In this document: positions 9,680 through 19,351 of the stretch, in pieces | Position numbering within the stretch: position 1 is the stretch's first letter | How the letters are laid out: each line of letters begins with the position of its first letter | Source: a virus | Lineage: Duplodnaviria > Heunggongvirae > Uroviricota > Caudoviricetes | Length of the DNA stretch: 62,841 nucleotides | Strand: one strand, 5' to 3' | Virus record (IMG/VR): IMGVR_UViG_3300045973_000170 | Span: 1-62,841 of that record | The notes under the pieces: generated by a model | Told to the model about the DNA's origin: nothing | Seen by the model: only the letters and a program-made list of their open reading frames with translations | The model's database searches: none | Made by a program: the position numbers and the translations under genes

Positions 9680-10926
9680 TTGATGATATGTTCAATGCGT
9701 TCAGCCCAACCCTTGGACTTGCTATAAGCCCAGATAACCCACTTGAATGGTTTCTTGTCTGTCAAGAAATGGCGTTCCATGTGAATCCAATTGTCTGGTC
9801 GTGCCATGAATTCTTTGATTTCGCCTTCCTGAAAGTCTTGACGCCAAATACTAATACCATTTTCATCGTCATAGGAACAGACCATGTACTGATAATCATT
9901 CGACTTGAAGTTGGTCTTGTCAAAGGAAATCAGGTTATAGAAAGACTTACATAGGCTGGCTTCCCAATCTTTCACCTTGGGGTTCGGAGGATACTTGTAG
10001 TCCAGCGTATATTGCTGAACGGCCCGAAGCTTGAAGTCAAAACCAGCGTATTCCTCGTAATCGTGAATGGTGCGCTCTGTACCGATATCGTATCCGGTCA
10101 AATCGAAGCCATTGTCCTCAGTCCGGAACAACTGTCGAATCTTGGCGCGACCTCTGGATTGATGAGCATCTACATTGATACCACGCTTGTGTTCATCGTC
10201 CCACGAAAGCTTACCAGCACGTTCCTGTCGCATCGTGGAATGCCAAATCACCATAATGTGAGGATGAAAGAAATCATAGCCATGGGTAAATGACCGCAGG
10301 GTGAGGTTAATTTCCTCTCCACTGAAGTAGATATCCGGATCGTGTTTGATAGTCTTAGGCCATTCTGTTCTAGCGAAGCAGAAGTGACCAGAGAGGAAGC
10401 GGGAGCGCACTGGCCCTTTGAGATTTTTCCAATCAGGAATGCCGCTAGGACGAATGAAGATTGTTCCATGGGGGTAAAAGCAAACGAAATGTTGCAACCA
10501 TGGGTCTATTGAACGTCCCGCTGGATCATTGAAGGGGTCATAGAGTGGGAGATATCCTGTAATGATGGGTTTGAAGCCTTCCTCTTCCAACTTGGAATGC
10601 ATGTTGATTAGAGTTTCATCCCAGTTCTCTGCAAACCTGTGGTGAGAATCCAATTGTAAAATGTAGGTTTCATCAGTGATCATGTCATTGATGCGCTGTC
10701 TTGCATATGGCAAACCTTTGGCATCCGAATACAAAATGCGGTCAATTTTGAAGCGTGAATCGTCTTTGAATTCATCAAGGTTATCGAACGTATCATCTGG
10801 GTGATACTGATGACAAATACCAAACCGGAGATTCTCAGGATTCTTGGCTTTGGCCAATGCATCCTTAATGGTTGGTACAAGTTCTGGATCACGATAGGCA
10901 GGAAGATGAATGTAGATGGTACTCAT
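9676..10926 (-). CDS. GT60-like polypeptide GlcNAc-transferase (Skp1-hydroxyproline GlcNAc-T family), paralog 2
   Basis: IYIHLPAYRDPEL...KNPENLRFGICHQ...LQLDSHHRF...SGHFCF...YFSGEEINL...WH. Confidence 0.8.
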   Translation of the reverse strand: MSTIYIHLPAYRDPELVPTIKDALAKAKNPENLRFGICHQYHPDDTFDNLDEFKDDSRFKIDRILYSDAKGLPYARQRINDMITDETYILQLDSHHRFAENWDETLINMHSKLEEEGFKPIITGYLPLYDPFNDPAGRSIDPWLQHFVCFYPHGTIFIRPSGIPDWKNLKGPVRSRFLSGHFCFARTEWPKTIKHDPDIYFSGEEINLTLRSFTHGYDFFHPHIMVIWHSTMRQERAGKLSWDDEHKRGINVDAHQSRGRAKIRQLFRTEDNGFDLTGYDIGTERTIHDYEEYAGFDFKLRAVQQYTLDYKYPPNPKVKDWEASLCKSFYNLISFDKTNFKSNDYQYMVCSYDDENGISIWRQDFQEGEIKEFMARPDNWIHMERHFLTDKKPFKWVIWAYSKSKGWAERIEHIIK

Positions 10927-10933
10927 GTTACCC

Positions 10934-12181
10934 TCACTTGGTCACTAATGAACCTTCAATAATTGGGAGCCAACCCTTCTCTTCGGTGGCTGGCCATACG
11001 ATGTATTTAGTCGGCACTGCATCGGAGTAAAAACTACGCCACACATGGGCGAATTTATCATCCACCATTTCAGTCATCAAACGTTTAATCTCATTGGGGC
11101 TTGCGTCTTCTCGGTACAATTCGTTTCCATCAGCATCTTTGAACGCAATAACCCACACGGTATAGCTTCCTTCTGGGAAGGAACCTTTGTACAAGTCGAT
11201 GCAATACTTGCGATAACTGCACAACTTCTCTTCATACGTCGGATCATCGGCATTAGAAATCGGGGGATTTTCCTTGTCAATCGTTTTGCGATGCACCTTG
11301 CGCGTCCTGAATTGAATACCCGCATAACGCTCATAGTCCTCTAACTGTCGTGATCTTCCGATCAAGCGCGGCTGGACTACCCCATCGACACCAAGTAGCT
11401 GTCTATTGTGAGCGTGGGAGTTGTCGTTAAGGACGTTCCAATCAGTATGATCGTCCCAATGCTTCTTCTTATCGGAGCGTGTATACTCATGCCATACGAT
11501 AACCGTATTAGGGTGAAACAAGTCATATCCGGCAAGATAGGCACGGACAGAGAGATTGATTTCTTCCCCGTGGAAGTAGTAGGATGAGTCATATTCGACT
11601 TCTCGACAGAACTTTCCGAAGGTGAAAATGAAGTGACCAGAAACGAATCGAGCAAAAATCGGGTCTGGACGATCCCTCCAATCATCTAATGTATGGGGTG
11701 CAAAATGTACGTTACCATCCGGGGAGAACCTGTCAAAGGTTGTAATCCACGGAGAAGTAACGCGACCTTCTGGATCATGTTTGGGGTTATAGCTTGGGAG
11801 ATAGGCAGTGATCAAGGGCTTTGCGTAGCCCTTGTCCTGTAATCCTTTGAACATCGTGAAGAGTTGTTCATCCCAATCTTGGGTGAAGCGGTGGTGGGAA
11901 TCCAGTTGAAGCATGAATTCCTCATCATTGTATTGAAGGTTGAGCAAATGTCTTGCCCAACATACCCCCCTTGCGTTTTTGTAGTCAATGTCGATGATCT
12001 TTACCTGAGGGTGGTTCTTGAATTCCTCAAGGGTATCCCATTCATCCTCTTGTGCATGTTGCCATGCCACATGAATACGCAAGTTTTCGGGGTACTTTGC
12101 ATGTTTGAAACAATCACGAAGGGTTGGAACCAATTCAGGATCACGGTAGGCCGCGATCTGCACATAGATCAAATTTTTCAC
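10934..12181 (-). CDS. GT60-like polypeptide GlcNAc-transferase, paralog 1
   Basis: IYVQIAAYRDPEL...ARGVCWAR...LQLDSHHRF...SGHFIF...YFHGEEINL...WHEY. Confidence 0.8.
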   Translation of the reverse strand: MKNLIYVQIAAYRDPELVPTLRDCFKHAKYPENLRIHVAWQHAQEDEWDTLEEFKNHPQVKIIDIDYKNARGVCWARHLLNLQYNDEEFMLQLDSHHRFTQDWDEQLFTMFKGLQDKGYAKPLITAYLPSYNPKHDPEGRVTSPWITTFDRFSPDGNVHFAPHTLDDWRDRPDPIFARFVSGHFIFTFGKFCREVEYDSSYYFHGEEINLSVRAYLAGYDLFHPNTVIVWHEYTRSDKKKHWDDHTDWNVLNDNSHAHNRQLLGVDGVVQPRLIGRSRQLEDYERYAGIQFRTRKVHRKTIDKENPPISNADDPTYEEKLCSYRKYCIDLYKGSFPEGSYTVWVIAFKDADGNELYREDASPNEIKRLMTEMVDDKFAHVWRSFYSDAVPTKYIVWPATEEKGWLPIIEGSLVTK

Positions 12182-12216
12182 TAGAAACCTCTCAAAGAGT
12201 TAAACTGTTGTAGCGG

Positions 12217-12224
12217 TATTTATA
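12217..12224 (-). promoter_or_regulatory. T4-type late promoter TATAAATA heading the glycosyltransferase cluster
   Basis: Exact consensus in the 46-nt gap, 35 nt upstream of ATG 12181. Confidence 0.75.
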
Positions 12225-12227
12225 CGG

Positions 12228-12986
12228 TTAGCAAGAAGTGAATGTACAATCTCCACCACTACAGGAATAATATCCGGATGGTAGATTTCCCGTTCCAGCA
12301 GTAATCCAGTATGTTCCATTTGCGGGGTTACTACAATCGGAAACGTCAGCATACCACGTTCCATCACTTGCATGATGCAATAATCCTTCTGAACCAGTAA
12401 AGACTGAGGCACAACCAGCCAAATGACCGTAAGAAACGCTACTTACACTACAGTTAACAGCCGAAGGTGCTGGTGTTGAGGACGGGGTCACTGATGGTGT
12501 GACTGACGGGGTCACTGACGGCGTGATTGACGGGGTCACTGACGACGTGATTAACGGGGTCACTGACGGCGTCAATGATACTGACTCCGAAGGTGGTGGC
12601 GCACCAGCAGATGCCGAAGGTGTTCTTGACGGCGTTACTGACGGAGTACGGGTGATTGACGGCGTCACTGATGGGGGTGGCGCACCAATAGATGTTGACG
12701 GTGTGATCGATGGTGTGATCGATGGTGTGACAGACGGAGTCACAGATGGTGACGATGCAACAGCGTTTGTCGGTGTGACAGACGGGGTGACCGAAGGACA
12801 CACTGCGCTATGATTGTAGTTGTAGAACTTGGACATTGAATATGGTGCCAATCCGTCTGGTCTGAATGCACTGCATGGATTGATACCTATGGTTGACAAG
12901 TCCTTCAGGGAATAATTTCCACCAGACAAACCCATTTCTAGACGGATTTGATTGATGGTAATTTGCCCACTGGCTGGTAAAGTCAT
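12228..12986 (-). CDS. Tail-fibre-associated protein with a central TPS[V/I] mucin-like tract and Cys-rich C-terminus
   Basis: MTLPASGQITINQIRLEMG...SMSKFYNY N-terminal motif typical of proteins following S74 fibres; about 110 aa T/P/S tract. Confidence 0.8.
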   Translation of the reverse strand: MTLPASGQITINQIRLEMGLSGGNYSLKDLSTIGINPCSAFRPDGLAPYSMSKFYNYNHSAVCPSVTPSVTPTNAVASSPSVTPSVTPSITPSITPSTSIGAPPPSVTPSITRTPSVTPSRTPSASAGAPPPSESVSLTPSVTPLITSSVTPSITPSVTPSVTPSVTPSSTPAPSAVNCSVSSVSYGHLAGCASVFTGSEGLLHHASDGTWYADVSDCSNPANGTYWITAGTGNLPSGYYSCSGGDCTFTSC

Positions 12987-12998
12987 CTGGGTATCCTT

Positions 12999-13658
12999 TT
13001 ATAGACGATCAATTTTGTCGTTCAACTCTCGGATGGCTTCGATGAGCAACCCAATCATGTGTTCATAGTTCACAGCCTTTGTACCATCCTCACGGGTGGC
13101 CACAACTTCTGGAAGAACCTTTTCCACATCCTGTGCAATAACACCAGTGGTTGGACTCTTCTTCAGGTCTGCTCGCACATCCTCATTCCAATCCCATGTC
13201 ACACCACGGAGAGCCATAACCTTTACCAAAGCCTGAGGAATGACCCGAATGTTGTGCTTCATGCTGATATCAGAGGTTGCGTAAGCAATTACATCCCCAA
13301 TGACACTCAAGGTACCTTGAAGTGTGGTCGCACACCCATTAGCACCGATAGTCAGGGTAGTTGCCGCACCAGCAAAGTTAATGGTGGTGGCAACGGTATT
13401 GAAGACGGCGAAAATTGCGCCTGTACAGTACACACCCGTTGTGAAGACAGGGGAATCAGAAAAGACAACCTTTCCCGATCCTGTTTCATCACTCAAAAGT
13501 GCGGCCAACTCAGCCGAATTGGTGAATGTATTGGCGGTAACTGTAACATCAATACCGTCAATGGCATCCTTCAAATACTCAAAGGTACCATCAACCTCAT
13601 CATTAGTTAGTGGGCTACCCTTCGCGCTTCGAAGTAGATAAACGGGTGAAATTGGCAT
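12999..13658 (-). CDS. Fibre protein with C-terminal peptidase S74 (intramolecular chaperone) domain
   Basis: TSDISMKHNI...LRGVTWDW...GVIAQDVEKVLPEVV...AVNYEHMIGLLIEAIREL. Confidence 0.85.
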   Translation of the reverse strand: MPISPVYLLRSAKGSPLTNDEVDGTFEYLKDAIDGIDVTVTANTFTNSAELAALLSDETGSGKVVFSDSPVFTTGVYCTGAIFAVFNTVATTINFAGAATTLTIGANGCATTLQGTLSVIGDVIAYATSDISMKHNIRVIPQALVKVMALRGVTWDWNEDVRADLKKSPTTGVIAQDVEKVLPEVVATREDGTKAVNYEHMIGLLIEAIRELNDKIDRL

Positions 13659-13661
13659 TGC

Positions 13662-13853
13662 TTATTCCTTGTTGATTAGTTGTCGAAGAAGAGTCTTTAT
13701 CTCTTCTAGTTCGCCTTTGAGGTTATTTATGTCTTCTGCAATAGTGTCCACTTTAAGCATCTGAGTCTTGCGCTTTTTGTAAGCATCAAGCTCAACCACA
13801 CTTTGGCTGATCAAAGCCTGTGTTTCTGAATCCCGCCTAAAGTTATGTTCCAT
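13662..13853 (-). CDS. Small coiled-coil hypothetical protein
   Basis: 63 aa, DINNLKGELEEIKTLLRQL. Confidence 0.7.
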   Translation of the reverse strand: MEHNFRRDSETQALISQSVVELDAYKKRKTQMLKVDTIAEDINNLKGELEEIKTLLRQLINKE

Positions 13854-13855
13854 GG

Positions 13856-16800
13856 TTATGCCTGTAGAGCAATGGTACGCATATCCCTAACCTTTGGCAC
13901 CCGTGTAGTGTCGCTGGAAAGGAACACAATCTTAATGGCAAATGTCTTGAATCCCGTATACAACACGGTATCTGTGGTGTATTTATAGACATAGGAAGAC
14001 AACCCACCCGCCTCTGAGGTAGAACCTGTGTCTGGAAGGGTGTAGTATTTCTCACTAAAATCCCCCGTTCCACTGACCACATGCTCCGTCATAGGTGTCC
14101 ATGGACGATCACCAAAGAAAACATTATCCGTTGAATTTAGGAGTTTTGCATATACTGCAATGCTTGATCCTGACGGGGTGTAGGATGATAGGTAGACCCG
14201 TAAATCTTCAGCTTCCTGCCCGTCATCAAGGATGACCGTGCGGGAAATGTAGCGAGAAAGGGCAGACCCTCCGTTACCAGTTTCACCTGTTGTGTCATTG
14301 TTGATAGAATTTCCGATGATAACACAACCCACCTTTTCCAAATCCACAATTGGGGAAATGTTAGCGGCATCTGTTGTCAAGGTAGCTTCCATCATGAATG
14401 ATACGTTGAACTTCGAATGAGAGAAAACAGCCATTGGGACAAGGAATTCAGTTGTTCCGTTAACTGCCAATCCTGAGTAAGAACTGAATGGTGTTTCATC
14501 GTACTTGTACAACATGTACGACCAATCGATGTTGGTGTTATTGAAATCAAGGTATGAAAGCGTTGGAGAAATAGCATCAACAGCCTTCACATTTTGTGTG
14601 GTTGTTGCAGTCAAATCTGGAAGCAAAATTGAACGGGTACAGGTGATTGCATCCGATGCATCAAAGTATCCAGAAGTGAGAAGCACTTGAGCTTCGTTGG
14701 TTTCATAGTTGAAGTACTGAATCGTTCCTGTACCTACGCCAGCCCCAGAACCAATTATCACATCACCCGGATAGAATACATCAGACATGTTAGAAAATGT
14801 CATGTATTCGATGGGGCTGTTGCGAAGAATAATGGTTCCTGTACCAGTGAAGTTTGCGGCAAAGGCCACGAACTTCATGTCTTCGTTGATGAACTGTGTC
14901 CATGTTCTGTTGTTTCCAGAGACATAGAGGATACCAGCGTTTGGTTGTTTGTCGATGATGTTGGTTGTTCCAATTTCCAACTGTCCAAGTTCACCCACCC
15001 ATACGTTATAGCCTGTATCATTTCCTGTGGGAAGCAATACAAAAGCGTACTCGGTATTGTTCTTCAAGTAGACAGGTGAAGGGAAGACAAACTCAGTAAC
15101 CCCAGAACCATCTTCTGAAGTATTCACTTCTTCTGGAAGCAAGGTAACTGTGCTATACGGAATAATGTTCTCCGTAGGATAGCCATTCTTTGTCTCTCTC
15201 AACTGTAATGTGATGGGAGAAACCAGAGACTTGGTTTGGAAGAACACACCAATTTTTGTAAGAACCACACCACCATCACTATTGCTCACGAAGAACGTTT
15301 GAGCAATGGGATCAACCGTTTGACTCAAAGATGTGCTAGTTGTAACCTGACGTTCCACTGCGGTATTCTGTGTGGTACGCTGGAAATCAAAGGTTGTTTC
15401 TGGCTTCTGGGTGCTGAGAATGGTGTTCTCATCAAATACCCGATCACCACTTGATGTATAAGAAGCATACGCCATCGTGGTAGCACTCGGTGAGAATGGA
15501 TCACTGCTAATATCAGAAAGGATGAAATTCTTACTTCCTGACATGAACGTTTGCGCCGGGATACGGAATTGACCCGTAACAGAACCAAAAGCATCTGTGG
15601 CAATGGTGGTTCCATAGATATCTGAAGAACTCATCTTGCAATGAGCCGACACATCAACCCCATCAAAGAATGGGAAGACGGTGGTATATGCCTTCAAACG
15701 GGTAGCCGTGAAGGTAACAACCACGCTTCTCATGTAAGGGATCACATTGGCGGTTTTGCTTTCTTCAAGACTCAACGCAATACCATCACGCAACTGACGT
15801 TGTGAGGTTGTGAGAATTGAGGGATCAATTGCCCCATCACTTGACTGATCGATGTTTGAATCAAACTTCTGCCATAGAGTCTTCCAATTTTCCCACTGTG
15901 TACCCCAAGCGGTAATCATGGAAACCCAATTGTCTGAAATACCGTTAGTGTTGTACAGGATTTCAGGCTGAACAGAGGTATCAGGCCATTCGTCGCTACT
16001 CGGTGAAAGCTCCATAGAGCCTTCAAAAGAGAAGAGGATTTGACTTGAACAATTGCGAGACTTGGTGGCGTATGGGCCATCCGTGTACACAACATGTGTG
16101 TATGGGAGTGTAACCAATGTTCCGTCTGATGGGATGGTAACCATTGGGGGAAATACTGTTGATCCAACTGTCGGTGCAACTGAAGGAATAGTACCAATAG
16201 CTCCGCTGTTCGTACCCGTGATTACATTTCCTGTAGTGATAACACCAGATGCCTCTTCCAAATAGACACGAAGCCAACGATATTCAGCGTTGGAAACGAT
16301 CAATGAGAAATAGCGAATGGTTGCGGTACCACCACCATTACAAGTAATTGCTTCACCCTCCACAAAGGAGTATGAACCAATCAACGGCTGTTGAACAACA
16401 ACTGTCTTGTCATTGGACTTGCGAACAACCCCAGAAGAGGCATCGTCAAATTCCATGAACACGTTATCCAGATTGAAGAAAGGTCGTGCCTCTCCCCGTG
16501 CAATTGAACAAGCGTAATCTGGGTTGTATACATTACCGACGTTATGACCGATCAACGGATCAACCATGATACCGTTCTTGAAACGGTCATTTCCACCAAT
16601 GTCAGGAATCAACATTGAAGCGGCTTGCTGTTCCAATACTGAAAGAGAAGCATACTTCTCCAAACGTTCTACTCGACGCTGGATGGAACCAATATCACGC
16701 ATGGTGAATCGGCTGTTGTCTACAAAGGTGATTGTGGTTGCATATTCTGGCTTACCCGCCTGACGCGCATAGTATGGCGACAAAGACGGGAAGGCTGGAA

Positions 16801-19345
16801 TTCTCACAATAGCCAACGTCATAGCATTATCGGCCTGTCGTGGGGTGATCGGATGTTCCGAAGGAATGCCAGTAACAGTGGTAAATGTTCCCGCGCTATC
16901 CAAAATCACACGATCTATGCGTGACAGATTATAGGTGATATCTGTAATGAATGTATCCGATGGGGATGGTGATGTTGCACCAGCACCAAAGGTTACTGTT
17001 GAGGAAGGATTGATTGTGGCCAACGCAATCGTTGTCGGATCGGGGGTGGATGTGTTGTTCGCCGTTGAACGGAAATCCAATACATCACGAAGACTGAACG
17101 TGATCCCAGACGTTGTCGTGTAGGTAGGAATATCGTGCCATTCAATTTGTGATGATGATGGGGCAACACCCTGTACTGGTAGTGGATATGACTTGACAGA
17201 GTAAAATCCACTACTTGATGAATGATAGAAGAAGTCAAGTTTGACAATCAACCACAAACCTGTGATTGTTTCTGCGTTGTTCTTTGCAATGGATGCTAGA
17301 TCATACACCGTATCAGTCTGACCGTTATTCAAGTCAAACCATGAGGTTACATCATTCCAATCCGGATCATCAATCGGGGGGTCTGATGTGGGGTATGCTG
17401 TGCCACTTGGTGCCGCCCAAATCTTCTCAATGGAGATAACATCGTGCAACCCCAAACAGAATGGGCCTTCCCCAGATGCTTGAATCTTCACATAGCGGCT
17501 TGTCTTCAACGTCTTCTGATTGCATGTGGCCGCATTCTTTCTAACAGTAACCATTACATCAACAGTTGGTGATCCCCCTGTTGAGGCATTCAAATCAATG
17601 TCCAGTGTTTGTGCATCTACGCGAGTAACAAAGGCAGTGGCAAGATCAAAGGTCTTTCCTGTGGCCCCAAGACCTGTTCCAGCCTGAACCAATGTAACAC
17701 GAAGGTTCTCGTCAAGAATGGTGTCGCTAACTGCACTAAATGCCCACTCTTCATCCCCAGAAAGGGTAACAGACAATTTTCCTGTTCCGTCCACAGCCTG
17801 TTCTGAGAAGGTCTTCTTGTAGACATATGAAGAGTCTGAGAGTGTCTTTACACTCTTATGTGTCAACGAAAAGATGGGGGCAACAAACTTTGTGTCAATA
17901 AAGGCGGGGGTTCCGGAGACATTGGCAAAACTGTCATTGGTTTCATCCAAGAAGAATGAACCGATGCTCGCCACGCCACCTGATGTAAACACAACGTCAT
18001 GAAGATACAAGCGATAGACAGCACCAGCCGTGCCAATGGTACCATTGTCGTATTGAATGTTTCGTATTCGCGCTGTACCAATTTCTGATCCACCGACAGA
18101 TGGGGTGGGGTACGAACCACCACAAGACGCATTTCGAATGCTCACCTTAGTGTCGGTGTTCAAACGCCACGAACCAACCACATTATTTACCAAAATGTAG
18201 TTGCCAAAGAAAGTGCTGATGGCCTGATTTTGGAGAATGTCGGCATCAAGACTCTTGCTAATCTCAAGGAATTCCGATGAGAAAAGCTCCTGCTCATAAC
18301 CACGCACATACGCCTTTCCGGGTTCTACCCCAACAACAAGCTTGCTGGCATCACCAACAGGTGATGTGGAGTTGGTGTACTTGCCGTGGTTCGTTCCTTT
18401 CAAAAGATGTTCGTTGACAATGATGGGGAATGGACGGACGGTGTAATCACCGGATTCGTCATAGGTGCGCGTAGCAAACTCACGACTCAATTCTGAGTAC
18501 TGAGTCTTATCATATCGACGCTTGATGGCACCAGCCTCAACCTCAAAGAGCAAGAAGAAGTCTGTTGGCTTCTGGTCCAAGACACCATACGAAACCAATT
18601 CAGTGACAATCTTGTATCGATCTGCACCCGGAGCATTAAAGTTGTATGCACCCTGTGCAGGATCGTTTAGTGTGGCATCATCAACGCTGGTAACAATCTC
18701 TTCCACAACACGGAAGCCGATCTTCTGGGTGGGGGTGCTGGAATAACGATCCACGATGATCGTCTGATTGCTGTGTACAAGGAAACGTCCGTTCACATAC
18801 ACAATACCATCATTCAAGGAGAAGAGCGAACCCTCTCCTGTTGGGGCTACACCAGTTACCTTAAACGAACTAACACCAGAGTTGTTTCCAGTGACCGTCA
18901 ACACATCAAAAGCAGAGAAGATCGAAATGGTATTGACCAACAACGGGTCAGGATCGGTCACGTTGTTGGATGTGTAATGGAGATAAAGTGTGTTGAGGTT
19001 TGGGTTTTGAGCTTCTGTTCCCGCAAACGTCTTCTTGATGATAGCACTCACACCATTGGGGGCCGTGACGGTCATCCCCTCATAGTACGACAATGGGTAG
19101 ACGGAAGTATCAATGTCCTCAATCTTCACATAGGGAGTCTTGAAGTTATGTGATTCAGCACAACCCGTGATGATAGAACCCTGCTTGTAAATCGTATCTC
19201 CAAACTTTTTGATCTGGTTTTGGAGCATCGTTTGCAATTGGGTTAGCTCACGCGCCTGTACCGAATATCCCGGCTTGAACAAGATTTCATAGAACTTCTT
19301 GTTCGCAACAAAATCGTCGTAATAAGGAAAGGTATTGATGTTCAT
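13856..19345 (-). CDS. DUF4815-type large virion structural protein
   Basis: 1829 aa; N-terminal PYYDDF...LFKPGYSVQARELTQLQTMLQNQI, DESGDYTVRPF, C-terminal PKVRDMRTIAL. Confidence 0.85.
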   Translation of the reverse strand: MNINTFPYYDDFVANKKFYEILFKPGYSVQARELTQLQTMLQNQIKKFGDTIYKQGSIITGCAESHNFKTPYVKIEDIDTSVYPLSYYEGMTVTAPNGVSAIIKKTFAGTEAQNPNLNTLYLHYTSNNVTDPDPLLVNTISIFSAFDVLTVTGNNSGVSSFKVTGVAPTGEGSLFSLNDGIVYVNGRFLVHSNQTIIVDRYSSTPTQKIGFRVVEEIVTSVDDATLNDPAQGAYNFNAPGADRYKIVTELVSYGVLDQKPTDFFLLFEVEAGAIKRRYDKTQYSELSREFATRTYDESGDYTVRPFPIIVNEHLLKGTNHGKYTNSTSPVGDASKLVVGVEPGKAYVRGYEQELFSSEFLEISKSLDADILQNQAISTFFGNYILVNNVVGSWRLNTDTKVSIRNASCGGSYPTPSVGGSEIGTARIRNIQYDNGTIGTAGAVYRLYLHDVVFTSGGVASIGSFFLDETNDSFANVSGTPAFIDTKFVAPIFSLTHKSVKTLSDSSYVYKKTFSEQAVDGTGKLSVTLSGDEEWAFSAVSDTILDENLRVTLVQAGTGLGATGKTFDLATAFVTRVDAQTLDIDLNASTGGSPTVDVMVTVRKNAATCNQKTLKTSRYVKIQASGEGPFCLGLHDVISIEKIWAAPSGTAYPTSDPPIDDPDWNDVTSWFDLNNGQTDTVYDLASIAKNNAETITGLWLIVKLDFFYHSSSSGFYSVKSYPLPVQGVAPSSSQIEWHDIPTYTTTSGITFSLRDVLDFRSTANNTSTPDPTTIALATINPSSTVTFGAGATSPSPSDTFITDITYNLSRIDRVILDSAGTFTTVTGIPSEHPITPRQADNAMTLAIVRIPAFPSLSPYYARQAGKPEYATTITFVDNSRFTMRDIGSIQRRVERLEKYASLSVLEQQAASMLIPDIGGNDRFKNGIMVDPLIGHNVGNVYNPDYACSIARGEARPFFNLDNVFMEFDDASSGVVRKSNDKTVVVQQPLIGSYSFVEGEAITCNGGGTATIRYFSLIVSNAEYRWLRVYLEEASGVITTGNVITGTNSGAIGTIPSVAPTVGSTVFPPMVTIPSDGTLVTLPYTHVVYTDGPYATKSRNCSSQILFSFEGSMELSPSSDEWPDTSVQPEILYNTNGISDNWVSMITAWGTQWENWKTLWQKFDSNIDQSSDGAIDPSILTTSQRQLRDGIALSLEESKTANVIPYMRSVVVTFTATRLKAYTTVFPFFDGVDVSAHCKMSSSDIYGTTIATDAFGSVTGQFRIPAQTFMSGSKNFILSDISSDPFSPSATTMAYASYTSSGDRVFDENTILSTQKPETTFDFQRTTQNTAVERQVTTSTSLSQTVDPIAQTFFVSNSDGGVVLTKIGVFFQTKSLVSPITLQLRETKNGYPTENIIPYSTVTLLPEEVNTSEDGSGVTEFVFPSPVYLKNNTEYAFVLLPTGNDTGYNVWVGELGQLEIGTTNIIDKQPNAGILYVSGNNRTWTQFINEDMKFVAFAANFTGTGTIILRNSPIEYMTFSNMSDVFYPGDVIIGSGAGVGTGTIQYFNYETNEAQVLLTSGYFDASDAITCTRSILLPDLTATTTQNVKAVDAISPTLSYLDFNNTNIDWSYMLYKYDETPFSSYSGLAVNGTTEFLVPMAVFSHSKFNVSFMMEATLTTDAANISPIVDLEKVGCVIIGNSINNDTTGETGNGGSALSRYISRTVILDDGQEAEDLRVYLSSYTPSGSSIAVYAKLLNSTDNVFFGDRPWTPMTEHVVSGTGDFSEKYYTLPDTGSTSEAGGLSSYVYKYTTDTVLYTGFKTFAIKIVFLSSDTTRVPKVRDMRTIALQA
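13980..13987 (-). promoter_or_regulatory. Possible gene-internal late promoter TATAAATA
   Basis: Exact consensus about 125 nt upstream of ORF 13662..13853. Confidence 0.45.
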
Positions 19346-19351
19346 GGGCTT

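Noticed and set aside
4230-12181. DNA hypermodification (glucosyl-hmC-type) role for the glycosyltransferase cluster
   Set aside because: Not excluded, but disfavoured: late promoter, location among virion genes, peptide-GT motifs, and no nucleotide hydroxymethylase nearby in this window.
13856-19345. Intein or diversity-generating-retroelement target in the large virion gene; intein in RtcB
   Set aside because: No splice-junction or LAGLIDADG motifs seen, no reverse transcriptase or TR/VR pair in the window, and RtcB has normal length.
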